Positions 9,824 through 19,008 of a stretch of 64,000 nucleotides of DNA are shown piece after piece (the first letter of the stretch is position 1; each line of letters starts with the position of its first letter). The DNA comes from a virus. Lineage: Duplodnaviria > Caudoviricetes. Made by a program: the position numbers and the translations under genes. The notes beneath the pieces are model-generated. The model was given only the letters and a program-made list of their open reading frames with translations, searched no databases and was not told the DNA's origin. Where the stretch lies: positions 1 to 64,000 of the IMG/VR virus record IMGVR_UViG_3300028888_000116. One strand, 5' to 3'.

Positions 9824-11923
9824 TTAATATCCTCGTACTAAAGCTAAAACATATCCATCATTTACATATTGACGTTTGTAAGCATTTAATAAATTTCTTC
9901 TTACAAGAATTTGTGCTCCATCTCGCCAGAAGAAATCGGCCAATACTTGCCCATATGTACCATTAATAGTAACAACGTTAGTTTCAGATGGAAGAATAAT
10001 AGTTGTTAAATTAGGGCATTGTATTAAAGGTCTATCATCATTAAAATCTAATGTAGTTAATGCTGCAGGCATAGTAATAGATTTTAAATTATCTAAGTCC
10101 CTTACAGAATAATATCCCATACTTTCAATATACTGATTTAATTTGAGATATTCAAGACCATCATAGTTTACAAGAAACAAATTATTAGTATCTGACCCCC
10201 ACCAATTCTGCCCACAATAATTTGAATTTCTATCTTGTGGCATATATAATCCTTTTAAGCCAGGGAAAGGGTTTGATACTCCGCCAAAAAATTGGCCAAT
10301 TTGTGATACCGTACAACTATTTAAATTAGTGAATTGGTCTAAAATTAAATATGTTGGCTTTGTTTCATCTCCCAATATATGTTTTAACGCATTTAAATTT
10401 TGAGTTCTCCATTCACTTTGTGCGTTATTTCCCATTATATATGTTAAATCTAATGAACGGGTATTACCATTTCCACTTAAACCAGGTCTTATATAAGCGA
10501 CTGGATATGTGTCCCAATCCCAATTATCCCAATATTCAGTTATACTTTCTCTTGAATCACTACTATATCTAAATCTAGGTATATCATAAGCTACTGTACT
10601 GCCCTTGGGCAGATTATTTATATCAAGCTCCCCAAGGGCTATAGGCGAGAAATCTGATAAATCACTTTGAGTATAATTAAATGGTTCAAAATCAGAAGAA
10701 ACCCAACCAGTATAATAAACATCATAATTTTCATTACTAGATGTTATTCTAAGTGCGATATATGTATCATTTCCATATTTACAGCTATAACATTCAACTG
10801 GAGCTCCATTTCCTTGTGTCCAATAATTATTTAAAACTCCATTTGCTTGATTCAAAAGAACATCAAAGCTATAAACATTTGAAGGGCCTCTAATTAAAAA
10901 GTGCCCATAAGAATATGTTTGCTCTTGTGAATTATAATTATTAAAAATCATATATTGGCCTTTTGTTTGAGTATTTCCCAAATAAAGATTTGCTACCCAA
11001 ACGGTATCATTTTCTGATACAACTCTGGCCTCTTCAAAAACTGCTTTTTTAGAAACACCTCCACCTAAAACATCAAGTGATAATTCATCTTTTTTGAATA
11101 TGAAAGTGTCTTTTGGAATATCCTCTCCGTTAAGAGTAAAATCCTGAGTTATTTTCCAACAAGTTCCTATTTTATAATTTGAAAAATCAGATGGCGGAGC
11201 TGTAAGAGGTCCAGCATATTGAATAACTTTATTATTTTCAAAATCTATGTTATCTTCTAATAATTGATTTATTGCATCAATATCATCTTGAAGAGCTGAA
11301 TCCACATCAGCTCTTTCTGAAGCCTCAGCATCAATCGCATCAGATAAATCAGAGTCAGCTCCTTGTCTTGCTGATTCTTCTGCAATTATTGCATCAGATA
11401 AATCTGAATCGGCAGATTCTCTAGCAGAAGTCTCAGCTGATATAGCATCAGATAAATCAGAATCTGCATTTTCCCTATTTGTCGCTTCAGCTTCAATATT
11501 ATCTTGAAGTGTTATATCAGCATTCTCTCTGGCAGTTTCTTCATCATTAATGAATTTGTCAACTTCCATAGTTGAATATGTATTTAATCTAACTTCTTGA
11601 TAAGTATTTCCACCAGGCAATTTAATAAAAAGAGAATTGACTTTCCTATTCTGATATGTTGTAGAGTCATTCTTGATTAAAAATACTGAATAATCAGCGG
11701 CATTCTGATTCAAACTTGAAACTTTATCAACTTCACCTTCATAATGGAGAGCTTTTACTCCTTTATTGTAAGCATCTTCACTTCCTACTGGGATTAATTC
11801 TCCATTATATTTTTCATAGATAGTTTTATTTGTCTTATTGAAAACGAAAACTCTATCTGGTATATAATCGACTAAGAATTCAATACTATTAGAATCAGTA
11901 GTAATATTTTTTACAAATTCCAT
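9824..11923 (-). CDS. tail fibre/receptor-binding protein with coiled-coil repeats and a C-terminal BspA-type LRR
   Basis: likely start MEFVKN (11923); 18-aa repeats ARExADSDLSDAIxAE; C-terminal LKSITMPAALTTL and CPNLTTIILPS resemble LRR_5. Confidence 0.7.
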   Translation of the reverse strand: MEFVKNITTDSNSIEFLVDYIPDRVFVFNKTNKTIYEKYNGELIPVGSEDAYNKGVKALHYEGEVDKVSSLNQNAADYSVFLIKNDSTTYQNRKVNSLFIKLPGGNTYQEVRLNTYSTMEVDKFINDEETARENADITLQDNIEAEATNRENADSDLSDAISAETSARESADSDLSDAIIAEESARQGADSDLSDAIDAEASERADVDSALQDDIDAINQLLEDNIDFENNKVIQYAGPLTAPPSDFSNYKIGTCWKITQDFTLNGEDIPKDTFIFKKDELSLDVLGGGVSKKAVFEEARVVSENDTVWVANLYLGNTQTKGQYMIFNNYNSQEQTYSYGHFLIRGPSNVYSFDVLLNQANGVLNNYWTQGNGAPVECYSCKYGNDTYIALRITSSNENYDVYYTGWVSSDFEPFNYTQSDLSDFSPIALGELDINNLPKGSTVAYDIPRFRYSSDSRESITEYWDNWDWDTYPVAYIRPGLSGNGNTRSLDLTYIMGNNAQSEWRTQNLNALKHILGDETKPTYLILDQFTNLNSCTVSQIGQFFGGVSNPFPGLKGLYMPQDRNSNYCGQNWWGSDTNNLFLVNYDGLEYLKLNQYIESMGYYSVRDLDNLKSITMPAALTTLDFNDDRPLIQCPNLTTIILPSETNVVTINGTYGQVLADFFWRDGAQILVRRNLLNAYKRQYVNDGYVLALVRGY

Positions 11924-11983
11924 AATATTAAATAGTACTTTTCTTAAGGTTTTCATTATATTATAAATATAGGAGATTGCTCT

Positions 11984-12499
11984 ATGAGATTTGATATAAG
12001 TATCTTAAATGAAGAAGAAAGAGATGAAGCATTAAATATTGCTACTGAAATTTCTATGGCAGCGATGGAAATGGATTTTGAAAAAGTAAGGATTCAACTC
12101 GATTCTATTCAAGAGATATTTGACGACCATTATTCTAAAATTGAGAATAAGCTTCGTGCAGAAGAGCATAATAACTTCCTACAACTCATAGAAAAAAATG
12201 AAAATGGTGGACAGGACACTTTAACAATCCCAAAACATAGGGGAAAATTTTATTGGCCGATTTTCAGAAAAGATATTATGAAAGAAACTGAAAAGGCATT
12301 CGGTATTCTTGATTTGGAAGCTACAGAAGAAATGCGACAAGAATCATTGAAGAAATGGAAATCAGAGCCAATTCATTGGTTACCAAAATCAAAAATAATC
12401 GTTTACCAAGGTCTTTATTTCATTCCATCTGATTATTGCCAGATTTCTTATATGGATAAATTTAAAAGTAGCTATATTATAAAAACATTTAATATTTAA
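11984..12499 (+). CDS. hypothetical protein
   Basis: class E promoter and GGAG SD upstream. Confidence 0.7.
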   Translation: MRFDISILNEEERDEALNIATEISMAAMEMDFEKVRIQLDSIQEIFDDHYSKIENKLRAEEHNNFLQLIEKNENGGQDTLTIPKHRGKFYWPIFRKDIMKETEKAFGILDLEATEEMRQESLKKWKSEPIHWLPKSKIIVYQGLYFIPSDYCQISYMDKFKSSYIIKTFNI

Positions 12500-12504
12500 A
12501 AAAT

Positions 12505-12531
12505 AAGGTCGGGTAAATCCCGACCTTTTTT
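12505..12531. terminator. bidirectional terminator (AGGTCGGG/CCCGACCT family)
   Basis: AAGGTCGGG-taaat-CCCGACCTTTTTT between convergent genes. Confidence 0.85.
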
Positions 12532-12532
12532 A

Positions 12533-13342
12533 TTACCAAAATTTAAATATAAAATGTCCACCTTGATAAATCAATTCTAAAGAAATTAAAGAAATCCCAG
12601 CAGAATATAACATTGTAGTTCCAGTTCTAATATCACCTTGAGAAAAAGGAATAATAGAACAAACAGCAACACCAATTGGCGCCAATGGAACTAGGAAATT
12701 TCCTAAAGTATAAAGATTTGAGAATCTTCTGTCTCTCTCATAATCTAATTTCTGATGTTCATTCCATTCAAACTCTAAAAGCTCTTTTTCTTTTTTAATT
12801 ATTTCAACTTCTTCTAGAGCTGCTGAAAATAATTCAATTGCATTCTCAGTATCACCTTTATTACTTAGAAGTGCCTTGTTCGCTAGATTCAGACAATCCG
12901 ATAACTGATTTGATAAATTCTTCATCGAGCTCAGCTCTTCTAATACTGAGGTCGAATAAGTCATTGATAGTTGAGTTTGCCAATTGTAAAGATTCTTGAT
13001 AAGTTTTAGTAATTGAGGCAAGCTCATCGAGTTTGGATTTGTATTGTTTATTAAGTTCTTCAGCTGCTCCGATACTTCTTCTGGCATCTTCGTTATGTCC
13101 GATTGCATTGTTGAGATTATTAATTCCAGTTTCAATTTCAGTTCCTGCTCGGCCTGCTGACTGTCCAATAGTGTCGATTCGTTGCTCAATTCTTCCGCTA
13201 TTTGATTCAGCTCGTTTAAATCTGGTTGCATATCCTGCCCAAAAACCGAGTGAGAAAATGATAAGAATAGTACCAGCGATAATAGAATACTTAATGATTT
13301 TTTTCTTGTCAATTTCCATTGAAAAATTTTTGATTTTAACAT
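12533..13342 (-). CDS. exported coiled-coil protein with C-terminal membrane hairpin (spanin-partner-like), overlapping the next ORF in another frame
   Basis: signal-peptide-like RKKSLSILLSLVLFLSFSHSVFG-Q, Leu/Gln heptads, hydrophobic C-terminus ending FIFKFW. Confidence 0.6.
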   Translation of the reverse strand: MLKSKIFQWKLTRKKSLSILLSLVLFLSFSHSVFGQDMQPDLNELNQIAEELSNESTLLDSQQAEQELKLKLELIISTMQSDITKMPEEVSEQLKNLINNTNPNSMSLPQLLKLIKNLYNWQTQLSMTYSTSVLEELSSMKNLSNQLSDCLNLANKALLSNKGDTENAIELFSAALEEVEIIKKEKELLEFEWNEHQKLDYERDRRFSNLYTLGNFLVPLAPIGVAVCSIIPFSQGDIRTGTTMLYSAGISLISLELIYQGGHFIFKFW

Positions 13343-13346
13343 TCAT
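12861..13346 (-). CDS. i-spanin (Rz)-like membrane-anchored coiled-coil protein
   Basis: KKK then TM IIKYSIIAGTILIIFSLGFWAGY followed by a helical periplasmic domain; AGGGG SD. Confidence 0.6.
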   Translation of the reverse strand: MNVKIKNFSMEIDKKKIIKYSIIAGTILIIFSLGFWAGYATRFKRAESNSGRIEQRIDTIGQSAGRAGTEIETGINNLNNAIGHNEDARRSIGAAEELNKQYKSKLDELASITKTYQESLQLANSTINDLFDLSIRRAELDEEFIKSVIGLSESSEQGTSK

Positions 13347-13387
13347 TTTCGCCCCTTTTTGATATTCATTTAGTCTACTAATTAAAT

Positions 13388-13924
13388 ATGATAAGAGACT
13401 TCCAAAAGAGACTCGCTATAAAACACGGAATTATAGCAAGGAAAATATTAGATAATAATATCGAACTCGAAGGTACTCCACAAGACTGTATAAGAATTAG
13501 ATATAAAAAGACTAGAGATGGAGATACAGAAACTTGGGAAGTATTGATGGCCGATATTCAAAATATCTATTTTCCACCTCTTGACGATGTACCTTTCAGA
13601 AAATTAGAAGATAAGGGAGAAGGTAAATATAAAATAACTTCTCTCGTTAATTCATTCGCTGATGAAAATGTGGATATTTATAAATTAATATTCACTCATA
13701 AATCTGATTTAAATGTCGGTGACCTAATTATAAGAGTTTTTCACGACCCCGATGTAAAGGAACCAATTATTCTTGTTTTTGAATTAACTGAATTATTGGG
13801 AACATTTGGGGAAATGCTTGAAAGTCAGAGTGCAAATTCAGTTTTGGCAACTAGAGATATACCAGATGAGATAGCTGAAGTTGTTTCCGAAATGGCAAAG
13901 AGACGATTAAAATTAGGATTTTAA
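13388..13924 (+). CDS. virion structural protein (neck/head-tail connector candidate)
   Basis: first gene of the tail module, ACTAAT motif upstream; function inferred from position only. Confidence 0.45.
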   Translation: MIRDFQKRLAIKHGIIARKILDNNIELEGTPQDCIRIRYKKTRDGDTETWEVLMADIQNIYFPPLDDVPFRKLEDKGEGKYKITSLVNSFADENVDIYKLIFTHKSDLNVGDLIIRVFHDPDVKEPIILVFELTELLGTFGEMLESQSANSVLATRDIPDEIAEVVSEMAKRRLKLGF

Positions 13925-13963
13925 ATCAACTAAATATATAAATTTTAATGGAGAATTAGAAAT

Positions 13964-14692
13964 ATGGCATACAATAATAAAATGATTGATTCTATGATGG
14001 CATATAGCGCTGATGCCTTCAAGAATATGTATGATATTTATATCGACTGGCCTGGTTCATTATCGGCTGCTGAAAATAATCAGAATCTTATTTCTGTAAG
14101 GGCTAAAGGAATAAAAATACCAGACCTCGGTGCTGCAACTTATGATAGACACTACCACGGAAATAAAATTGCTCTTCCAAAACCAGAACAAGAATTTGAA
14201 AGAAACGTTGAAATCACATTTACAATGGATGCCGGATTCCAATATTATCAGAACTTCTGTAAATGGCTTTCAGTTGTAGTTGATGCGGTAAATGGTGGAA
14301 CGTCAAACTGGCCAGCATTAAGAGGCACCCTTTATGCTGTACCTTTAAAAGGAATTTTCTTACCAGCTGGGTATGAATCAAAAACTGGAGCTGACGGTAC
14401 AATAACTAATAATATTACAGCTGCTACTAATTCAAAAGTAATTAATCCTAGTTATATTAATGGAACACCAGATGGAAGTGATAAAGCTGGTGCACTTAAT
14501 CTTGGTAAAGTAAAAGATTTTGGTTGGAAATTCAGCGAATGTTGGGTTTCAAAAGTAACAGCACCTGATTTTGCTGTTGATTCATCAGAGCCATTGGAGT
14601 TTACTGTTACATTCCAGTTCTTGGATTATGATGCTCCTGCATTTGGTGGATTCAGAAACTCACAGAACCTTGAATTAGGCGGAACAAATTAA
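13964..14692 (+). CDS. tail tube protein (T4 gp19-like)
   Basis: KIPDLG...HYHG...EITFTMD...NFCKW...WKFSECWVSKV...DF...SSEPLEFTVTFQF pattern. Confidence 0.8.
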   Translation: MAYNNKMIDSMMAYSADAFKNMYDIYIDWPGSLSAAENNQNLISVRAKGIKIPDLGAATYDRHYHGNKIALPKPEQEFERNVEITFTMDAGFQYYQNFCKWLSVVVDAVNGGTSNWPALRGTLYAVPLKGIFLPAGYESKTGADGTITNNITAATNSKVINPSYINGTPDGSDKAGALNLGKVKDFGWKFSECWVSKVTAPDFAVDSSEPLEFTVTFQFLDYDAPAFGGFRNSQNLELGGTN

Positions 14693-14716
14693 TAAATTAA
14701 TTTAAATTAAAAATAT

Positions 14717-14745
14717 AAGGGTACGAGAAATCGTACCCTTTTTTT
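14717..14745 (+). terminator. rho-independent terminator
   Basis: AAGGGTACGA-gaaa-TCGTACCCTT plus T run. Confidence 0.9.
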
Positions 14746-14765
14746 ATTCCACTAAATATATTATA

Positions 14766-16253
14766 ATGGCAGATGTTAAAATCGACGAAAAAGAATTAGA
14801 AAAGAAAGAGTTTTGGGATTGGGGAAAGGACGAGAATGGTAACGTCCTTGGTGGCTCTTCAGCTCTAATTGATAATTTAAAAAAAGATTATGATGATGGA
14901 CTCAAAGACCAAAGAGAAAAAATCAATGAAAAATATATAGACGACACCGTAAGAACTAAAGATAAAGATAGCTGGAATTGGTATAATGCTCAATGGAGAA
15001 ATGATTGGCTAGATGGTATTGATAATGCTATAAATAATTTTAATACAAGTGGATATACCAATGCATTAAATAGTTTTATAAATGATACAAATAAAGAAGA
15101 TGACTCTATACAAAGCGGCATCAATAATGCTGTTAAAAGCCTAAATGATAAAATTACTAATGGTTGGGTTAAAGATTATAATGATTGGTTTGATTCACTT
15201 GATAATTGGACAAAATTTTTAGATAATGATTATTACCAAAACATATTGACAAATACTGGAAATTTTGCAAATAACTGGTTAACAAATGCGGTAATATCTG
15301 ATTGGCTTGGTATGGGTCCTATAAATGAAGGTGAAAGTGGTTTATTAAAAATATTAAATAATTCTGTAAAATCACGTAGTAAATTTGTTGTTACAAATAT
15401 TAAAAATGAAGATAAAAACAAATTTGAAGAAAATTATAGTATTATAAATCCATATATAAAAAAGATGTTTGAAGCTGGACCAGATTTATTTTCAAATAGT
15501 TTTGATATATTTTTTATAGTTGAATCATTAGATGGAAAAAAAGATTTTATTGGGCCAAGCGATATTAAATTTGGAGAAACAGATAAAAATTTAAATGCTC
15601 TTATATCTAATTATAATGATTTAACCGTTAGAACTGCTTCAATTTCAATACCTCAAAGAATGCAATCATCATATACTCAAAAGATTTTAAATTTATCTAC
15701 TGAAATGGTTTCTCATTCAGTAGAATTTGAGAATAAAGCTGAATTAAAAATTGATTTAGATAGTAGCCTTTCAGTAATAGATTTAATAAATTCATTATCG
15801 GGATTACCTGATTATACTAAAAAATCATCTATAGCTGATTCTGCGGAAGAGAATACAACAGAAAAAGAAAAATATACTTTTAGTAAAAATAATAATGATG
15901 ATGAACCTACTTTTGGAGCATCATATCATAATTCAAGTATAAAAAGATTGGATATTTATGTAAACTCAAGAAGCTTTAAAAATATTCATCATTTATATTG
16001 GAATCCGAATGCTGAAGGTTCAATAAATAATATTATTTATGTTTTTTATAATTGTAAATTTTTAGGAACAGACTCAATTTCTTTTTCAAGGGATTCTGTT
16101 GATGTTCAAAATAAATCATTTCCTTTTATTTTTGAGCATTTATATGAAGTATATAAAATGTATTCTGATATTGCTCCACAAGAAGGTCAACAATTAATAA
16201 TGGATAATTTTAAAGATACCAAAAATGATGTTGAATTTATAACTCATTTATAA
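14766..16253 (+). CDS. tube-fold baseplate/tail initiator protein (gp48/gp54-like) with N-terminal extension
   Basis: C-terminal VRTASISIP...YVFYNCKFLG...SFSRDS...FPFIFEHL parallels the tube pattern. Confidence 0.55.
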   Translation: MADVKIDEKELEKKEFWDWGKDENGNVLGGSSALIDNLKKDYDDGLKDQREKINEKYIDDTVRTKDKDSWNWYNAQWRNDWLDGIDNAINNFNTSGYTNALNSFINDTNKEDDSIQSGINNAVKSLNDKITNGWVKDYNDWFDSLDNWTKFLDNDYYQNILTNTGNFANNWLTNAVISDWLGMGPINEGESGLLKILNNSVKSRSKFVVTNIKNEDKNKFEENYSIINPYIKKMFEAGPDLFSNSFDIFFIVESLDGKKDFIGPSDIKFGETDKNLNALISNYNDLTVRTASISIPQRMQSSYTQKILNLSTEMVSHSVEFENKAELKIDLDSSLSVIDLINSLSGLPDYTKKSSIADSAEENTTEKEKYTFSKNNNDDEPTFGASYHNSSIKRLDIYVNSRSFKNIHHLYWNPNAEGSINNIIYVFYNCKFLGTDSISFSRDSVDVQNKSFPFIFEHLYEVYKMYSDIAPQEGQQLIMDNFKDTKNDVEFITHL

Positions 16254-16263
16254 GGGATAAAAG

Positions 16264-17871
16264 ATGGCGGACAAAACTACAGAGATTGATAAAAATACAG
16301 TTAAAGATTCTCTCAAAAAAGATAAAGAATATGGAAAGACAAATTATCCTTTTGATGCGTATACATCTTATGATACTTATATGGCTCTTAAAGAAGAAGA
16401 TAGGAAAAAGGAAGATGCAAATAGAGCTGTTGAATTTAGTGCATATTTTGAAGATTTTATTAAAAAACTTGATGATGATGCTGCTGATAAATTTAAAAAG
16501 AAATTAACAGAATTAGGTGCCGATTTTAAAGAAGGAACAAAATTTTCAGATAGTGTAAGTAATATTATGAATGCTGATGATTTATTAGCACTTATTCAAT
16601 ATTGCTCTGATGAAGCTAATAAAATGGTAGCTAAAGGAACTCCAACTGATGAAAAATCAATGGAAGAAGCTCAAAATATATTAAAAGAAGTATTATTAAA
16701 TGATTTACAATATATAGCTCAATATTATACAGATAAAGAAAGATTTTTTAATAGAGAAGATTTTAATAAATTTATGATGGATTTAATTGCTGAGTTGAAA
16801 AATGTAAAATTTGCACCAAATATTAAATTTAAAGATGGACTTGAAGCTGGATTAAATGCTGAGTTGAAAAATGTAAAATTTGCACCAAATATTAAATTTA
16901 AAGATGGACTTGAAGCTGGATTAAATGCTGAGTTTATTAATATATCTCAATTAGAAAATCTCTCAACTACTATTCATAATAATATTATAAGTAATCTTAT
17001 AAAATTTGTTGAGACGGAATTAGTTAAAACGCCAGAAGATAAAATAGGAATTAAATTAGATAAAGATGGGCATACAAATCTCAATCAGAGAAATTATGAG
17101 AGTATGGGAAAAGTTGAAGAAAATGTACTCTTAAATAGATTAATTTCAATGATGCCAGATTTCTCTCAAAATCTATTTACTATTGGATTTATTGGTATTA
17201 ATGATGATTACAAAAATTTATCTGATTTTGCTTTGGACTATTTTAGAGATTTTGATGAAAATAGTGATGAGTTAACTGGAGAAAAATTTAATCATTTAAA
17301 TAATAATATAGATGGATTTTATACCAGAGTTTCAAGTTTTGAAATCCCAATGCCAAAAGCTCATACTATTCAATATAAATTCTTTACTAGAACTATAACA
17401 AAATTATCAGCTGGAATTGAACAGCCACATACTATAAATATTACTTTTAATGCTGACCAAAATGGGTATATCATAAATCATTTCCAAAGAATGGCTGGAC
17501 AATTCAATGCATATCCGAAAAAAGATGAAACTAGAGAAATTTCTTTAGGAGCATTACAATCAATGTTTACTCCTGGCGGATTCATTGGTAGAGATAAAAC
17601 TTTAAATATCTTTATTAAATTTAATGATGTAATTGGTAAAGACCAATTTACTGGAAGAATCTATAATAATGATGATAATTACCAAAGATATGATTTTTCA
17701 AATGGCTCTTTAAAAGATTTCCAAAATAAAAACGGATATAATGGATTTTTTTTAGAAGATGTACAATTTCTTGGTTTTGATAACTCTATTGATTTTAATA
17801 GAGATTCAGCTAATCCAATAGAAATGACTGGAAAATTCAGATTCAACCATCTTTATCGTATAGTTGCTTAA
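16264..17871 (+). CDS. tube-fold baseplate/tail initiator protein (gp48/gp54-like)
   Basis: RVSSFEIP...INITFNAD...FFLEDVQFLG...DFNRDSANPIEMTGKFRFNHL. Confidence 0.55.
   Translation: MADKTTEIDKNTVKDSLKKDKEYGKTNYPFDAYTSYDTYMALKEEDRKKEDANRAVEFSAYFEDFIKKLDDDAADKFKKKLTELGADFKEGTKFSDSVSNIMNADDLLALIQYCSDEANKMVAKGTPTDEKSMEEAQNILKEVLLNDLQYIAQYYTDKERFFNREDFNKFMMDLIAELKNVKFAPNIKFKDGLEAGLNAELKNVKFAPNIKFKDGLEAGLNAEFINISQLENLSTTIHNNIISNLIKFVETELVKTPEDKIGIKLDKDGHTNLNQRNYESMGKVEENVLLNRLISMMPDFSQNLFTIGFIGINDDYKNLSDFALDYFRDFDENSDELTGEKFNHLNNNIDGFYTRVSSFEIPMPKAHTIQYKFFTRTITKLSAGIEQPHTINITFNADQNGYIINHFQRMAGQFNAYPKKDETREISLGALQSMFTPGGFIGRDKTLNIFIKFNDVIGKDQFTGRIYNNDDNYQRYDFSNGSLKDFQNKNGYNGFFLEDVQFLGFDNSIDFNRDSANPIEMTGKFRFNHLYRIVA
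16788..16934 (+). repeat. exact in-frame 69-bp tandem duplication
   Basis: tgctgagttgaaaaatg...ggattaaa x2 plus 9-nt tgctgagtt; encodes AELKNVKFAPNIKFKDGLEAGLN twice. Confidence 0.95.
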
Positions 17872-17882
17872 ACTAAATAAAT

Positions 17883-18545
17883 ATGGATAAGAAAGAACTG
17901 GCAGAGTTCGAGTTCAATGGAACTCAATATCTTTTTAATTTAGACCCAGCAACTGGAAATTTATTCTATCTCAAAAATGTAACATTTGAAGATATGCCAC
18001 CAAATGAGGCTGCTGGAAGTGATAAAGCTACTTCTGAAAAGAATCAGGCTACTCTCACACAAATATTAAGATATAGAGTTAAATCTGTAAAACTCGATAA
18101 TACAATTGGAATTGAATTTGATAATAATAGAATGCTTTTGCCAGGAAATCCTATCTGTGTTACTGGAATAAAAGAGTCTCATAATTTTACTATAGAATGG
18201 GTTGAAGATTCTTTTTTCAGAGTTCAAAAATTCCATAAAGAGTGGATAAGTCATTGGTTTCAGAATAAAACATTACAAGATGGCGTAAAAGGAAAATTTG
18301 TTTCGTTTATATTTGAAGTATTCTATTTAAATAATGAAGGTGGAATTTCTCCAAAATTATCACCTAAGCCAGCTTATACGATTAAACTTGACCATTGTGC
18401 GCCAATAGATTTATCAGATTTTAGTTTCTCTTATGATGAACAAGATAATGGAAAATCATTTGTTGGTAAATATGTTGCTAAAAATATAGAAATTATTGAT
18501 AGCGATGAAGGTCCGAATGAAGATAAAGTTTTAAAATATATTTAA
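17883..18545 (+). CDS. tube-fold baseplate protein
   Basis: RVKSVKL...FTIEWVED...FHKEW...IKLDHCAPIDLSDFSFSYD pattern. Confidence 0.55.
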   Translation: MDKKELAEFEFNGTQYLFNLDPATGNLFYLKNVTFEDMPPNEAAGSDKATSEKNQATLTQILRYRVKSVKLDNTIGIEFDNNRMLLPGNPICVTGIKESHNFTIEWVEDSFFRVQKFHKEWISHWFQNKTLQDGVKGKFVSFIFEVFYLNNEGGISPKLSPKPAYTIKLDHCAPIDLSDFSFSYDEQDNGKSFVGKYVAKNIEIIDSDEGPNEDKVLKYI

Positions 18546-18562
18546 AATATGAGGTGTAATAA

Positions 18563-19006
18563 ATGAATTCAATTTTAATAAATGATATTGAACAATTGAA
18601 GTCAGGCGTAGAAGATATTATCTCATATCAAGATATAAATTATCTTGGAGTAGATAAGAATGATACTATTACTGTTAAAAATGAAAATTGTTTATTACAG
18701 AAAATGAAAATCTGGCTACAATCTGATATAAATGACTACCATAGAAATCCTAAACTTGGTGGAGTTATAGTTGATAACGCTAGAAAAATGAGATTAACTA
18801 AGGAAAATGCTGGTAAACTAAGAGAATTGATTAAGACAGAATCGGAACTCTTATTTAAAGATATTTCCATTTATGATATTTCAGTAATCCCAAATGTAAA
18901 AGAAAGACGATGGGAAATTAAGATTTCTGTCATTGACCCAGTAACTAAAATTGCTGATTCTTCAATGTATGATAATCAAAATTCTATTGCTATTTATACG
19001 GAGTAA
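18563..19006 (+). CDS. baseplate wedge subunit (T4 gp25/gpW-like)
   Basis: 147 aa, DYHRNPKLGG, IYDISVIPNVKERRWEIKI; precedes the gp6/J-like gene. Confidence 0.7.
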   Translation: MNSILINDIEQLKSGVEDIISYQDINYLGVDKNDTITVKNENCLLQKMKIWLQSDINDYHRNPKLGGVIVDNARKMRLTKENAGKLRELIKTESELLFKDISIYDISVIPNVKERRWEIKISVIDPVTKIADSSMYDNQNSIAIYTE

Positions 19007-19008
19007 AA

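Noticed and set aside
9824-11000. Diversity-generating retroelement target in the fibre tip
   Set aside because: No reverse transcriptase and no template/variable repeat pair seen in the window.
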